Both the position numbers and the translations under genes were made by a program. The notes beneath the pieces are model-generated. The model was not told where the DNA came from. It saw only the letters and a program-made list of their open reading frames with translations, and made no database searches. Shown here piece after piece: positions 1 through 12,133 of a stretch of 64,000 nucleotides of DNA (position 1 is the first letter of the stretch; each line of letters starts with the position of its first letter). The stretch comes from Flavobacteriaceae bacterium (GTDB lineage Bacteria; Bacteroidota; Bacteroidia; Flavobacteriales; Weeksellaceae): assembly GCA_031273305.1 (NCBI GenBank), contig JAISSC010000225.1:322-64321 (forward strand), given 5' to 3'.

Positions 1-130
1 TGACACCGGTTCCGTAACCGAAGACATTAAGCCCCAATTGTACTTTCTGGTCATTTGTTCCCTTAAAAGTCTGGGCATTACTAAATGATACCATTCCCAG
101 AAAAAATAATATAAACGACAATTTTTTCAT
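1..130 (-). CDS. 5' part of a secreted/outer-membrane protein (DUF6646-like), truncated by the window edge
   Basis: Manual translation from ATG at 130: MKKLSFILFFLGMVSFSNAQTFKGTNDQKVQLGLNVFGYGTGV; signal peptide ending SNA-Q; not in ORF track. Confidence 0.7.
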   Translation of the reverse strand, partial: MKKLSFILFFLGMVSFSNAQTFKGTNDQKVQLGLNVFGYGTGV

Positions 131-163
131 TATAATAAAAAATAAATTTGTTTTTTAGCGACT

Positions 164-658
164 TTAATCATCAACTTCTAAAAAACCCTGCGTAAAAGAA
201 CAAGATACTTTAAAACGCAAAGATTCTTCATGTGTTATAAAATCATTGCAATATCCTTGCCAAATAAGTTTTAAATTTCCCTGTTCGTCTTTTCCAAATT
301 TTAATTCATTATCATCCGTCTCCAAATCTTCCTCGTCATTGATATTTAAATTAGTGTAATATACCTCTTCCCAATCTCCGTTTTCGTTTTCAACTTCTTC
401 AAAAGCAGGAATATGAAAGGATTTTCCGGATAGTTGCCGAACTGTTCTTACGGGGATTTCAAAATCCTCAATAGTAAAAGACACCTGAGGATATTCGTTC
501 TGGTAGGAATCCTCCTCCACATGATTCAGATCATCATCCGACTCGATTTCAACGACTAAAGTGTTTTTATTATTAAGAAAAACCACTTTACAAAAGCACT
601 TCCTGATGTGATATTCTAAGGTTTCATCAGGATGATAAAACTTAATAAGCCCATTCAT
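164..658 (-). CDS. Acidic hypothetical protein
   Basis: 164-aa ORF with TATATTTG box on the - strand at about 680-687; no recognisable motif. Confidence 0.75.
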   Translation of the reverse strand: MNGLIKFYHPDETLEYHIRKCFCKVVFLNNKNTLVVEIESDDDLNHVEEDSYQNEYPQVSFTIEDFEIPVRTVRQLSGKSFHIPAFEEVENENGDWEEVYYTNLNINDEEDLETDDNELKFGKDEQGNLKLIWQGYCNDFITHEESLRFKVSCSFTQGFLEVDD

Positions 659-752
659 CTATTTGTTCTATAACGTGTTGCAAATATATTTATTTATTTT
701 TTCTATTAGATAAAACATTACATTTTTCTACATCAAAAATAAAAACCTTTTG

Positions 753-2048
753 TCAAATTCCCTTTAAAATAAAATATGATTTTTTTCCCCTTTGAAGTAA
801 AATATACTTCCCTTGTAGAAGATTGCTTTCATTAATGATATGATCCTCTTTTACTTTCTCCTGATTAACGGAAATGGAATTCTCTTTTAAAGCTCTCCGG
901 GCTTCCCCTCTGGAGGATAAGAAACCACTAAGATCAGATAAGGCTTCTACAATAGAAATTCCGTTATTTATCTCACTTAAAGAGACCTCCCTCTGAGGAA
1001 CTCCCTCAAACAGAGATAAAAAAGTTACCTCATCCAACGAGAGAAAATCCTCTTTGGTAGATTTACCAAACAAAATTGCGGAAGCCTTAATCGCCTTTTC
1101 TGTCTCTTCCGCTCCGTGAACCCAGCGTGTTATCTCCTCAGCCAGTTTTTTTTGTAAAAGCCTCGCCGAAGGATTCTCATGCTGTTTTTCCAGTAAAAGT
1201 TCTATCTCTTCCTTAGATAAAAAAGTATAAATTTTGATATACCGTTCAGCATCAATATCGGCTACATTCAGCCAGAATTGGTAAAATTTAAAGGTAGAAG
1301 TACGGCGTACATCCAACCATATATTTTCACCTCCTTCACTTTTCCCAAACTTGGTTCCATCTGCTTTAGTAATCAGAGGACAAGTAAGAGCATAGGCTTC
1401 TTTACCCAGTTTTTTACGTATCAGTTCCGTTCCGGTAGTTAAATTCCCCCATTGGTCGGAACCTCCCATCTGGAGCTTTACCCCCATCTCCTTATACAGG
1501 TGATAAAAATCGAACCCCTGTAATAATTGATAGGTAAATTCGGTGAAAGACATACCTTCCTGATAGTCTCCGTTAAATCGTTTTTTAACAGAGTCTTTTG
1601 CCATCATATAATTAACCGTGATATGCTTCCCAATATCCCGCGCAAATTCTAAAAAAGAGACATCTTTCATCCAGTCATAATTATTCACCATAAGGGCAGA
1701 ATTAGGCTTGTTCCCCTCAAAATCTAAAAAGCGTTCCAGTTGAGATTTTATTCCCGCCAGATGTTTTTGCAAGGTTTCATCATCCTGCAAATTTCGTTCT
1801 GCACTCTTTCCTGAAGGGTCACCAATCATCCCGGTAGACCCTCCGATTAGGGCAATCGGCTTGTGTCCGTGCCTTTGAAAGTGAACTAAAAGCAGAATGG
1901 GAACCAAACTACCCACATGAAGAGAATCCGCAGTCGGATCAAAACCAATATATCCTGATGTCATTTCTTTATCCAACTGTTCTTCTGTTCCGGGGGTTAT
2001 ATCGTGAATTAATCCCCTCCACGTCAACTCTTCAATAAAAGAATTCAT
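753..2048 (-). CDS. tyrS: Tyrosine--tRNA ligase
   Basis: [14 protein letters not shown] (HIGH-like), [13 protein letters not shown] (KMSKS-like), C-terminal S4 domain. Confidence 0.98.
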   Translation of the reverse strand: MNSFIEELTWRGLIHDITPGTEEQLDKEMTSGYIGFDPTADSLHVGSLVPILLLVHFQRHGHKPIALIGGSTGMIGDPSGKSAERNLQDDETLQKHLAGIKSQLERFLDFEGNKPNSALMVNNYDWMKDVSFLEFARDIGKHITVNYMMAKDSVKKRFNGDYQEGMSFTEFTYQLLQGFDFYHLYKEMGVKLQMGGSDQWGNLTTGTELIRKKLGKEAYALTCPLITKADGTKFGKSEGGENIWLDVRRTSTFKFYQFWLNVADIDAERYIKIYTFLSKEEIELLLEKQHENPSARLLQKKLAEEITRWVHGAEETEKAIKASAILFGKSTKEDFLSLDEVTFLSLFEGVPQREVSLSEINNGISIVEALSDLSGFLSSRGEARRALKENSISVNQEKVKEDHIINESNLLQGKYILLQRGKKSYFILKGI

Positions 2049-2317
2049 ATTTTAACTTTTTAGACGAACAAAGTTATAATTTTTAATGGAATCGTACCAC
2101 TGTATAAACATAAAATGATTAAAATTGCCTCTATTAATTAGACATAAAGCCCTGTTTCCATAGAAAAATAGGCAACAAATAAGAAAAAGTAAGGCATACA
2201 GGCTTACTTTTATAAGACCAATACCCCCTGAGCACGGATGACATGCCCTTTCAATTTCAGAGTAATCTTAAAAAATTAACGTATTTTTGCACTCGTTAAA
2301 AATACAAAGATACATAA

Positions 2318-3241
2318 ATGAAAAACTGGATAGAGGCAGCCCGGTTGAGAACCTTACCCCTCTCTTTGAGCGGAATTATCTTAGGCGGAATGTTGGCTAA
2401 GTGGAAAGGCAATTTTGACGGGATTATTTTCGGATTATCCTGCCTGACGACTATTCTGTTTCAGGTACTTTCCAATTTTGCCAATGATTACGGAGACGGA
2501 ACAAAAGGAACGGATAACGAACACCGGATAGGTCCCGTGCGCTCTATACAGTCGGGAGCGATTTCCCGTGAGGCAATGCTTAAAGGGATTATCTTTACTA
2601 TCCTGCTCTCTCTAATTTCAGCAGTGTCGCTATTGTGGTATGCTTTTATTCCCGATCATCTAAATGAATTTTTTATCTTTACGGGGTTAGGAATTGCCTG
2701 CATCCTTGCAGCGATCTTTTATACTATGGGAAAAAACCCATACGGCTATATGGGGTTGGGAGACATTTTCGTATTTATATTCTTCGGACTGGTTTCTGTG
2801 TTGGGAAGCGAATTTTTATATACCAAAACATTTAGCTGGGACAGTTTATTGCCCGCTTCGGCAACAGGTTTATTCAGCGTGGCTGTTTTGAACCTGAACA
2901 ATATGCGGGATATGGAATCTGACAAGATAAGCAATAAAAAAACTCTGGCTTTACGGATAGGATTCCGTAATGCAAAATATTATCAGTTGGTTCTGATGAA
3001 TCTTCCGTTTATACTTTGCCTGATATTTTTATTAATACATAAAGACCGATTCATGGTGCAAATGGAAAATTTATCTTCTTTAAAGCCATTTTTATTCTTT
3101 ATCCTATTTATCCCGACCACTATGTTGCGCCGCAAAATTTTATATACATCAGAACCGGTGAAATTAGATTTATACATGAGACCTACCGCCCTTTTAGCAT
3201 TGTTTTTTGCTGTTTTGTTCGGAATGGGATTAAGCCTTTAA
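2318..3241 (+). CDS. menA: 1,4-dihydroxy-2-naphthoate octaprenyltransferase
   Basis: ARLRTLPLS, NFANDYGD..KGTD and NNMRD...D..SNKKTLA UbiA-family motifs; multiple TM helices. Confidence 0.95.
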   Translation: MKNWIEAARLRTLPLSLSGIILGGMLAKWKGNFDGIIFGLSCLTTILFQVLSNFANDYGDGTKGTDNEHRIGPVRSIQSGAISREAMLKGIIFTILLSLISAVSLLWYAFIPDHLNEFFIFTGLGIACILAAIFYTMGKNPYGYMGLGDIFVFIFFGLVSVLGSEFLYTKTFSWDSLLPASATGLFSVAVLNLNNMRDMESDKISNKKTLALRIGFRNAKYYQLVLMNLPFILCLIFLLIHKDRFMVQMENLSSLKPFLFFILFIPTTMLRRKILYTSEPVKLDLYMRPTALLALFFAVLFGMGLSL

Positions 3242-3256
3242 ATAAAGATTTACCAG

Positions 3257-3961
3257 ATGCAGGAAAAAATAAAACACATATTTTTTGATTTAGACAACAC
3301 GTTGTGGGACACAGATAGAAATTCCAAACTAACCCTCCGGCAGATGTATAGCGACACAGAAGTAGAAAGGAAATACCGGCTTACATTCTCGGATTTCTTT
3401 ATAAACTATTATGACCGGAATGAAAAACTCTGGGCTTTATACAGTCAGGAAAAAATAACCAAACAGGATATTTTGGATCAGAGGTTCAAAAAGACTTTTC
3501 AGGAATTGGGCGTAAAAGATGAAGAGATATGGAATTACTTTGATGAGCATTTTCTGGATAAAGTAGTTCAGAACAATAACCTGATAGATAATACGGAGGA
3601 AACTCTGGAATATTTAAAAACAAAAGGCTATGAATTGCATGTTGTTTCCAACGGATTTATACGGCAAACCCACCGGAAAGTAAATGATACTCCTATTAAA
3701 AACTATATTTCCACAATCACCAGCGGAGAAGAAATTAATAAAAGAAAGCCTGCAAAAGAGGTTTTTGAATTAAGCCTGAAAAAAGCCGATGCCTCTCCGG
3801 AAGAATCTTCCTTTGTAGGCGACGACTGGGAAGCGGATGTATTGGGAAGTAAGAGAATAGGAATGTCTCCGGTTTTTTTCAATTATAAAAAGGATGATAA
3901 ATATAAACAAAACGGGGTTCCCATAATCAGGGACTTACTGGAATTAAAAAATATTTTTTAA
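3257..3961 (+). CDS. YjjG-family HAD nucleotidase
   Basis: FFDLDNTLWD motif I, SNG motif II, KP motif III, VGDDWEAD motif IV. Confidence 0.9.
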   Translation: MQEKIKHIFFDLDNTLWDTDRNSKLTLRQMYSDTEVERKYRLTFSDFFINYYDRNEKLWALYSQEKITKQDILDQRFKKTFQELGVKDEEIWNYFDEHFLDKVVQNNNLIDNTEETLEYLKTKGYELHVVSNGFIRQTHRKVNDTPIKNYISTITSGEEINKRKPAKEVFELSLKKADASPEESSFVGDDWEADVLGSKRIGMSPVFFNYKKDDKYKQNGVPIIRDLLELKNIF

Positions 3962-3966
3962 CCCTT

Positions 3967-4443
3967 ATGATAGAGGTTTTTACAGATGGAGCATCGTCAG
4001 GAAATCCCGGAAAAGGAGGATATGGAATTATCATGCGCTTACACGGTACTTCTTATGAAAAGACCTTTTCGGAAGGATTCCGGCTCACCACCAATAACAG
4101 GATGGAATTATTGGCTGTAATTGTTGCTCTGGAGAAAATAACCAAACCTGATCAGGAAGTTACGGTTTATTCCGATTCCAGGTATGTGATAGAAGCAATA
4201 AATAAAAATTGGATATATAGATGGGAAAAAAAACGATTTGAAAAAGTAAAGAATCCCGATCTATGGCTCCGATTCCTGAAAATATATCGAAAACATAAGG
4301 TTACCTTTAAATGGATAAAAGGACATGTAGGTCATCCTGAAAATGAACGAGCGGATAAGTTGGCGGTTTCCGCATCAAAGTCGGAAGAGCTTTCTGTTGA
4401 TACCGCTTATGAAAAATCCATAGAGGAAAATACTATTTTTTAG
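3967..4443 (+). CDS. rnhA: Ribonuclease HI
   Basis: FTDGASSGNPG, TTNNRMEL, SDSRYV, WIKGHVGHPENERAD. Confidence 0.97.
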   Translation: MIEVFTDGASSGNPGKGGYGIIMRLHGTSYEKTFSEGFRLTTNNRMELLAVIVALEKITKPDQEVTVYSDSRYVIEAINKNWIYRWEKKRFEKVKNPDLWLRFLKIYRKHKVTFKWIKGHVGHPENERADKLAVSASKSEELSVDTAYEKSIEENTIF

Positions 4444-4489
4444 ATTATTTCGTTATACTGTAAAATCGTAATATCCTAAAATTATTTAA

Positions 4490-5131
4490 ATGAACAGGAT
4501 AATATTTCTTTTTTTATGTATAGGCTTTTTTCTACCGCTACACTCCCAAACAAAGAAATCGGTGAAAAAGACCCATAAGACAGTTTCATCCCAATCGGTT
4601 TCAAGTACCAAAAAAGTACCAAAATCGACATCGGGGAAAAAGAATATTACCCAAACTAAAAAAACGGTTGCTAAAAATACAAAGGCTCCTGTTAAGACAA
4701 CAAAAAAAAGCACCAGACTAAGGTCGGACTGTGTCAAATATACCATTTCAAAAAAGATAAAAACTGTCTTGTCGACGGCGAAAACTTATGAGGGAGTTCC
4801 GTATAAATTAGGAGGAGAAACGAAAACGGGAATAGATTGCTCCGCACTGGTTAAAAAGGCTTTTAAAAAGGCGGGAATAGAACTTCCCAGAAGGTCTGTT
4901 GAGATGGCGAACAGGGGTAAGCCGATAAAGATAAACAAGGTTAAAGAGGGGGATTTATTGTTTTTCTCCACAAGCGGAGGGACAGTCAATCATGTAGGAA
5001 TTGTTTATACCGTAAAACCCGGAGGTATTATATCCTTTATCCATTCGTCATCTTCTAAAGGAGTGATGATTAGTGACCTTGACGAAGATTATTGGAAGAA
5101 TACATTTGTCAAGGCTAAAAGAATAACATAA
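4490..5131 (+). CDS. NlpC/P60 (C40) peptidoglycan peptidase with signal peptide and K/T/S-rich linker
   Basis: PYKLGG...GIDCSAL, LPRRS, GDLLFF, HVGI, FIHSS Cys-His-His triad. Confidence 0.92.
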   Translation: MNRIIFLFLCIGFFLPLHSQTKKSVKKTHKTVSSQSVSSTKKVPKSTSGKKNITQTKKTVAKNTKAPVKTTKKSTRLRSDCVKYTISKKIKTVLSTAKTYEGVPYKLGGETKTGIDCSALVKKAFKKAGIELPRRSVEMANRGKPIKINKVKEGDLLFFSTSGGTVNHVGIVYTVKPGGIISFIHSSSSKGVMISDLDEDYWKNTFVKAKRIT

Positions 5132-5214
5132 ATTTTAATACGTTATTTGACACTATGTGAGCATTTTATTAATAATTTTGTAATTTAGCATAATTAAATT
5201 AAACCCTAGAAAGT

Positions 5215-5880
5215 ATGAAAAGCAGAAATCTATTTTGTTTAACCGCATTTGCATTTTTGATAATGTTAACTTCCTGTGTTTCATATGAAACGACTGCTTC
5301 TTCCAAGAAGAAAAGTACATCTCCATCCGACCGATATACCTATAATTCCAAATCAACTAAAACTAAATCCGGCACGTCTAAATCTAAAACCGGCACATCT
5401 AAGTCCACTAAATCTACCAAATCTACGGCTTCATCTAAAAAATCGGACTCAGGTACTAAGGTTACATTAAAATCAAAAAATACCGGATTATCCAAATCAT
5501 CAAGTGTGAAAACGGTATTGAATGAAGCGGAAAAATACAAAGGAACACCCTACAAATACGGGGGGAATACCTCCAGTGGAATAGATTGTTCAGGCTTGGT
5601 TTGTGCTGCTTTCAAGAAAGTAGATATAAAATTGCCGAGAAGGTCGGTAGACATGTCTAATGAGGGAAGTAGTGTGGGTATTTCCAACGTAAAAGAAGGG
5701 GATCTACTCTTTTTTGCTACCGGAGGAGGAGGAATTAACCATGTAGGAATCGTGTATGATGTAGCTAATTCCGGAGAAATATCTTTCATCCATGCTTCAA
5801 CCTCAAAAGGAGTGACTGTCAGCTCTTTGGAAGAAACCTATTGGAAAGGAAAATTTGTGAAAGCTAAAAGAATTTTATGA
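5215..5880 (+). CDS. NlpC/P60 (C40) lipoprotein, tandem paralog of the upstream gene
   Basis: Lipobox LTSC; PYKYGG...GIDCSGL, HVGI, FIHAS. Confidence 0.92.
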   Translation: MKSRNLFCLTAFAFLIMLTSCVSYETTASSKKKSTSPSDRYTYNSKSTKTKSGTSKSKTGTSKSTKSTKSTASSKKSDSGTKVTLKSKNTGLSKSSSVKTVLNEAEKYKGTPYKYGGNTSSGIDCSGLVCAAFKKVDIKLPRRSVDMSNEGSSVGISNVKEGDLLFFATGGGGINHVGIVYDVANSGEISFIHASTSKGVTVSSLEETYWKGKFVKAKRIL

Positions 5881-5945
5881 TAACAATCAGTACATGAGAT
5901 AAATTCATTTTTCGTATCTTTAAAGTATAAATTAAAACTACTGAT

Positions 5946-6365
5946 ATGAAAAAGAGAACTCCTGTATCAACAATAATGACAAAAAGCCCTGTTACGGTGA
6001 ACTTGTCAGATGGATTGGCAAAAGTAAATTCATTGTTTAAAAAATTAAATATCCGCCATATCCCTGTGGTTTCCGGAAAGAAATTGATAGGAATCATCAG
6101 CCAAACGGATATTATGCGTCTTTCTTTCGGAGATATTTATTCCGGTCAGGAAGAAGCCGATAATTCCTTGTTTGATATGTTAAGCATAGAACAGGTAATG
6201 GTTGCCTCCCCAAAAACAGTAAAACCGGATGATACCATAAGGGATGTAGCTGAAATATTTGCATCCTCTACATTTCGGGCATTACCGGTGGTAGAAGATA
6301 ATGATGTAGTCGGGATTGTTACCACAACCGATGTTATAAAATATCTCCTGGAGCAATATGACTAA
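5946..6365 (+). CDS. CBS-domain pair protein
   Basis: IRHIPVV...LIGIISQTD and FRALPVV...VVGIVTTTD tandem CBS motifs. Confidence 0.92.
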   Translation: MKKRTPVSTIMTKSPVTVNLSDGLAKVNSLFKKLNIRHIPVVSGKKLIGIISQTDIMRLSFGDIYSGQEEADNSLFDMLSIEQVMVASPKTVKPDDTIRDVAEIFASSTFRALPVVEDNDVVGIVTTTDVIKYLLEQYD

Positions 6366-6393
6366 ATAAATTTCGGTAACTAAGAGAGATAAA

Positions 6394-6425
6394 ATAAGCC
6401 CTAATTTGACTTTTAGGGCTTGTTT
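6394..6425 (+). terminator. Intrinsic terminator after the CBS gene
   Basis: aagccctaa/ttagggctt 9-bp stem followed by gttt. Confidence 0.6.
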
Positions 6426-6467
6426 ATATAGATAAACTAAATTTCCTCTTTAGGTTTTTGAATGTCT

Positions 6468-6776
6468 TTAGTAAGAGCGAACTCTATAACCAACTGATAT
6501 TATTGCATCAAGATTATAAAAATCAACTTCATAAGTTTTCCCATCTGTATGGAGTTATTGCATTTTTTGCAACAACTGAATCTCTTTGTAGTTATCCTTC
6601 TTCAAAGATATTTTGTAAATGATAACTAATATTTTGTTTTGTTGTATCAAATATTTCTGCCATTGAAGATTGCGTAACCCAGACAGTTTCATCTCCAAGT
6701 ATTACCTGAATTTTATCTTACCATCATTACCCTGATAAAATAAAAAATGCGATTCATTCTCAAACTCGTTATTCAT
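6468..6776 (-). pseudogene. Truncated RhuM-family (virulence RhuM) pseudogene
   Basis: Manual translation across two frameshifts and one in-frame stop: MNNEFENESHFLFYQGNDGKIK/QVILGDETVWVTQSSMAEIFDTTKQNISYHLQNIFEEG*LQRDSVVAKNAIT/DGKTYEVDFYNLDAIISVGYRVRSY*; YNLDAIISVGYRV is the RhuM signature. Confidence 0.85.
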
Positions 6777-6950
6777 TTATTATGGTTTTCATAAATTAGA
6801 ACTCTTTTAAACCTTTTTTGTAGAAAAAGCAATCCGAAAAGATGAATTGCTCTATTGCAAAGATAACAAAAAGTGAATTAGAAAATTATATTTTATCGGT
6901 TATTACAGGAAATAAAAGAGACTTGGAATTATCCCTTTCCACAATAACCT

Positions 6951-9074
<2,124 letters not shown>

Positions 9075-9137
9075 TTTTTTTTTTGTTTCTTAATTTAGAA
9101 AAACGTTACTTTGCAGTTTAAATTTAGATTTATATAT

Positions 9138-10532
9138 ATGAAAAAGTTCAATTTGTTACTTACAGCATTAGCTACTACGTTAGCTACTTCTGTGTTCGCA
9201 CAGAATACTTCTGATAAGTGGTACATCGGAATTGGGGCGCATGCTACCGATCATACTTCTGTTCGTGGAGTCTTTGATGGATTCTTCGACACGGATGATT
9301 ATAGCATAGTTCCTCCACTGTCGAAATTAACTGTGGCTAGAAGCATTGCAAAAAACTTTGCAGTTGATTTGCAGGCCTCAATAGGAGAAATAGATAATAA
9401 ACGGTTAGGGATCAAAGATGAATTCTTTGTCCTTGCCGGTTTAGGGTTAAGATGGACACCTTTAAGCGAATCAAGCATTAAATGGTTTGACCCTTATCTA
9501 AGAGTGGGGGCTAATTATCATAAATATGCGTATGATGGGATAGAAATAGATGAAGACAATCCATACCTGTCATATGATAATGATTATGACCCTGAGAAAA
9601 ATCACGCATTAGGAGGCAAGTTTTCAGGACATGACGATAACTTCGTAGTAAACGGAGGAGTCGGAATCAACTTTTGGTTTGCCAGAAACTTTGGTTTGAA
9701 TGTAGAATCTCAATATAATTGGGCGGCTTCTTACTCTAAAGATTATGCAAACTTCTTCCAGCATTCAGTATCTATAATATTTAAATTCGGGGCTAAGCAA
9801 GAAGAAGAAGTATTGCCTCCGCCACCGGTGGTAGTAAGTGATATAGATGGAGACGGAATCCCGGATGATGAGGATAAATGTCCGGATGTAGCAGGATTGC
9901 CACAATTCCAGGGATGTCCTGACAGCGACGGAGACGGAATCCCGGATGCAGATGACAGATGTCCGAATCAGGCAGGGCCTGCACAATTCCAAGGATGTCC
10001 TGATACTGATGGAGACGGAATCCCGGATGTGAGTGATGGTTGTCCGGCTGTAAAAGGTCCAAGAGAAAACAACGGTTGTCCGTGGGAAGTTAAAGATGTG
10101 ACTGTCAAATTAAAAAACATCAACTTCGAATTCAACAGCTCTAAATTAACAGCAGAATCCTTACCGTTAGTAAAAGATGCCGCCAAAATGTTAAACGACG
10201 AAAGCTTTGCAGGTAAGAAATTCTATGTGGATGGTCATACAGACAGAGTAGGCTCCGCAGCCGTTAATAATAAGATTTCCAAACAAAGAGCACAATCTGT
10301 TGTTGAAGAATTAATAAAAGAAGGTATTGAAAAAGACCGATTGGTAGCCAGAGGACTTGGTAAATCTCAATTACTATGTAAAGAAAGCGACATTAACAAA
10401 GCTAAGGATGAAAAAGGAAATATTCTTTATCCGGATCAAGCAACCTGTGATAAAGAAAACAGAAGAGTTGTCGTTTTAGACCAGTCAGGAAGTGAAGTTT
10501 CCATAACAAAAGAAGTTGAAGTTAGGAAATAA
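9138..10532 (+). CDS. ompA: OmpA-family outer-membrane protein with thrombospondin type-3 repeats
   Basis: Signal peptide, beta-barrel, Pro linker, DxDGDGIPDxxDxCP repeats, C-terminal INFEFNSS...GHTD...SKQRAQSV...NRRV OmpA domain. Confidence 0.92.
   Translation: MKKFNLLLTALATTLATSVFAQNTSDKWYIGIGAHATDHTSVRGVFDGFFDTDDYSIVPPLSKLTVARSIAKNFAVDLQASIGEIDNKRLGIKDEFFVLAGLGLRWTPLSESSIKWFDPYLRVGANYHKYAYDGIEIDEDNPYLSYDNDYDPEKNHALGGKFSGHDDNFVVNGGVGINFWFARNFGLNVESQYNWAASYSKDYANFFQHSVSIIFKFGAKQEEEVLPPPPVVVSDIDGDGIPDDEDKCPDVAGLPQFQGCPDSDGDGIPDADDRCPNQAGPAQFQGCPDTDGDGIPDVSDGCPAVKGPRENNGCPWEVKDVTVKLKNINFEFNSSKLTAESLPLVKDAAKMLNDESFAGKKFYVDGHTDRVGSAAVNNKISKQRAQSVVEELIKEGIEKDRLVARGLGKSQLLCKESDINKAKDEKGNILYPDQATCDKENRRVVVLDQSGSEVSITKEVEVRK
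9846..10029 (+). repeat. Three intragenic repeats with 81-bp period encoding TSP3 Ca-binding motifs
   Basis: ga(t/c)ggagacggaatcccggatg at 9846, 9927 and 10008. Confidence 0.9.
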
Positions 10533-10561
10533 ATAAGATACAAAAAACACATAATATTTGG

Positions 10562-10600
10562 AACCGTCTCAAAGTTAAATTTGAGGCGGTTTTTTTATTT
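10562..10600 (+). terminator. Intrinsic terminator of ompA
   Basis: aaccgtctcaaa/tttgaggcggtt stem followed by a T-run. Confidence 0.85.
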
Positions 10601-10660
10601 TGTTCAATAAGCAATTAAGGATTTCCTGACTTTGACTATGCGACACTCATTTGTATTGTC

Positions 10661-10743
10661 CAGCCTTTCAGGCTGCGGTTTGGGGATGTTGCTCTTTCCG
10701 CAGGTCGCTGACCTACGGTTATGAAAATCAAGCCCTCCGGGCT
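10661..10743. repeat. Triple-hairpin REP-like element
   Basis: cagcctttcaggctg (10661-75), ccgcaggtcgctgacctacgg (10698-718) and agccctccgggct (10731-43); GC-rich island in an AT-rich spacer. Confidence 0.6.
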
Positions 10744-10759
10744 AAATCCTGTTAGGAAT

Positions 10760-10927
10760 TGTAGAGACGTCCCAATTTGGGTGTCTCCTCCCAAACATAA
10801 CAACCTATTACATGAGATTATTACGAACACCTCCCTTCCCTATGCGTGACGTTTTTACCCAATTTACACAACAATGATAACGTTGAACAGTATACCGTGG
10901 AGACGCCCAAATTGGGACGTCTCTACA
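10760..10927. repeat. REPIN-like inverted pair of GTAG REP palindromes
   Basis: tgtagagacgtcccaatttgggtgtctcc (10760-88) and its reverse complement (10899-927), 1 mismatch in 29, 110-bp spacer. Confidence 0.8.
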
Positions 10928-11024
10928 TATTTTTTCTATTTATTGGCTTAATGGACATTTTTTAGGCTAAAAACCTCTGAATCTCTTATTATTGTTAGCT
11001 TTGATAGCACTCAAAGGCTATGAA

Positions 11025-11058
11025 TAAAAAAACCGCCTCAGTCTTGAGACGGCTTTAT
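11025..11058 (-). terminator. Intrinsic terminator of gap
   Basis: On the - strand gccgtctca-agac-tgaggcggt followed by a T-run. Confidence 0.8.
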
Positions 11059-11077
11059 TCTTTATTTATTATTTTTA

Positions 11078-12106
<1,029 letters not shown>

Positions 12107-12133
12107 TTATTTTAAATTTGCTTTGTTATTTTC

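Noticed and set aside
9846-10029. 22-bp repeats at regular spacing resembling a CRISPR array
   Set aside because: In-frame 81-bp period inside ompA encoding TSP3 motifs; the intervening sequences are homologous to each other; no cas genes
10636-10830. 64-aa ORF in the ompA-gap spacer
   Set aside because: Translation of REP-like palindromes; no protein features
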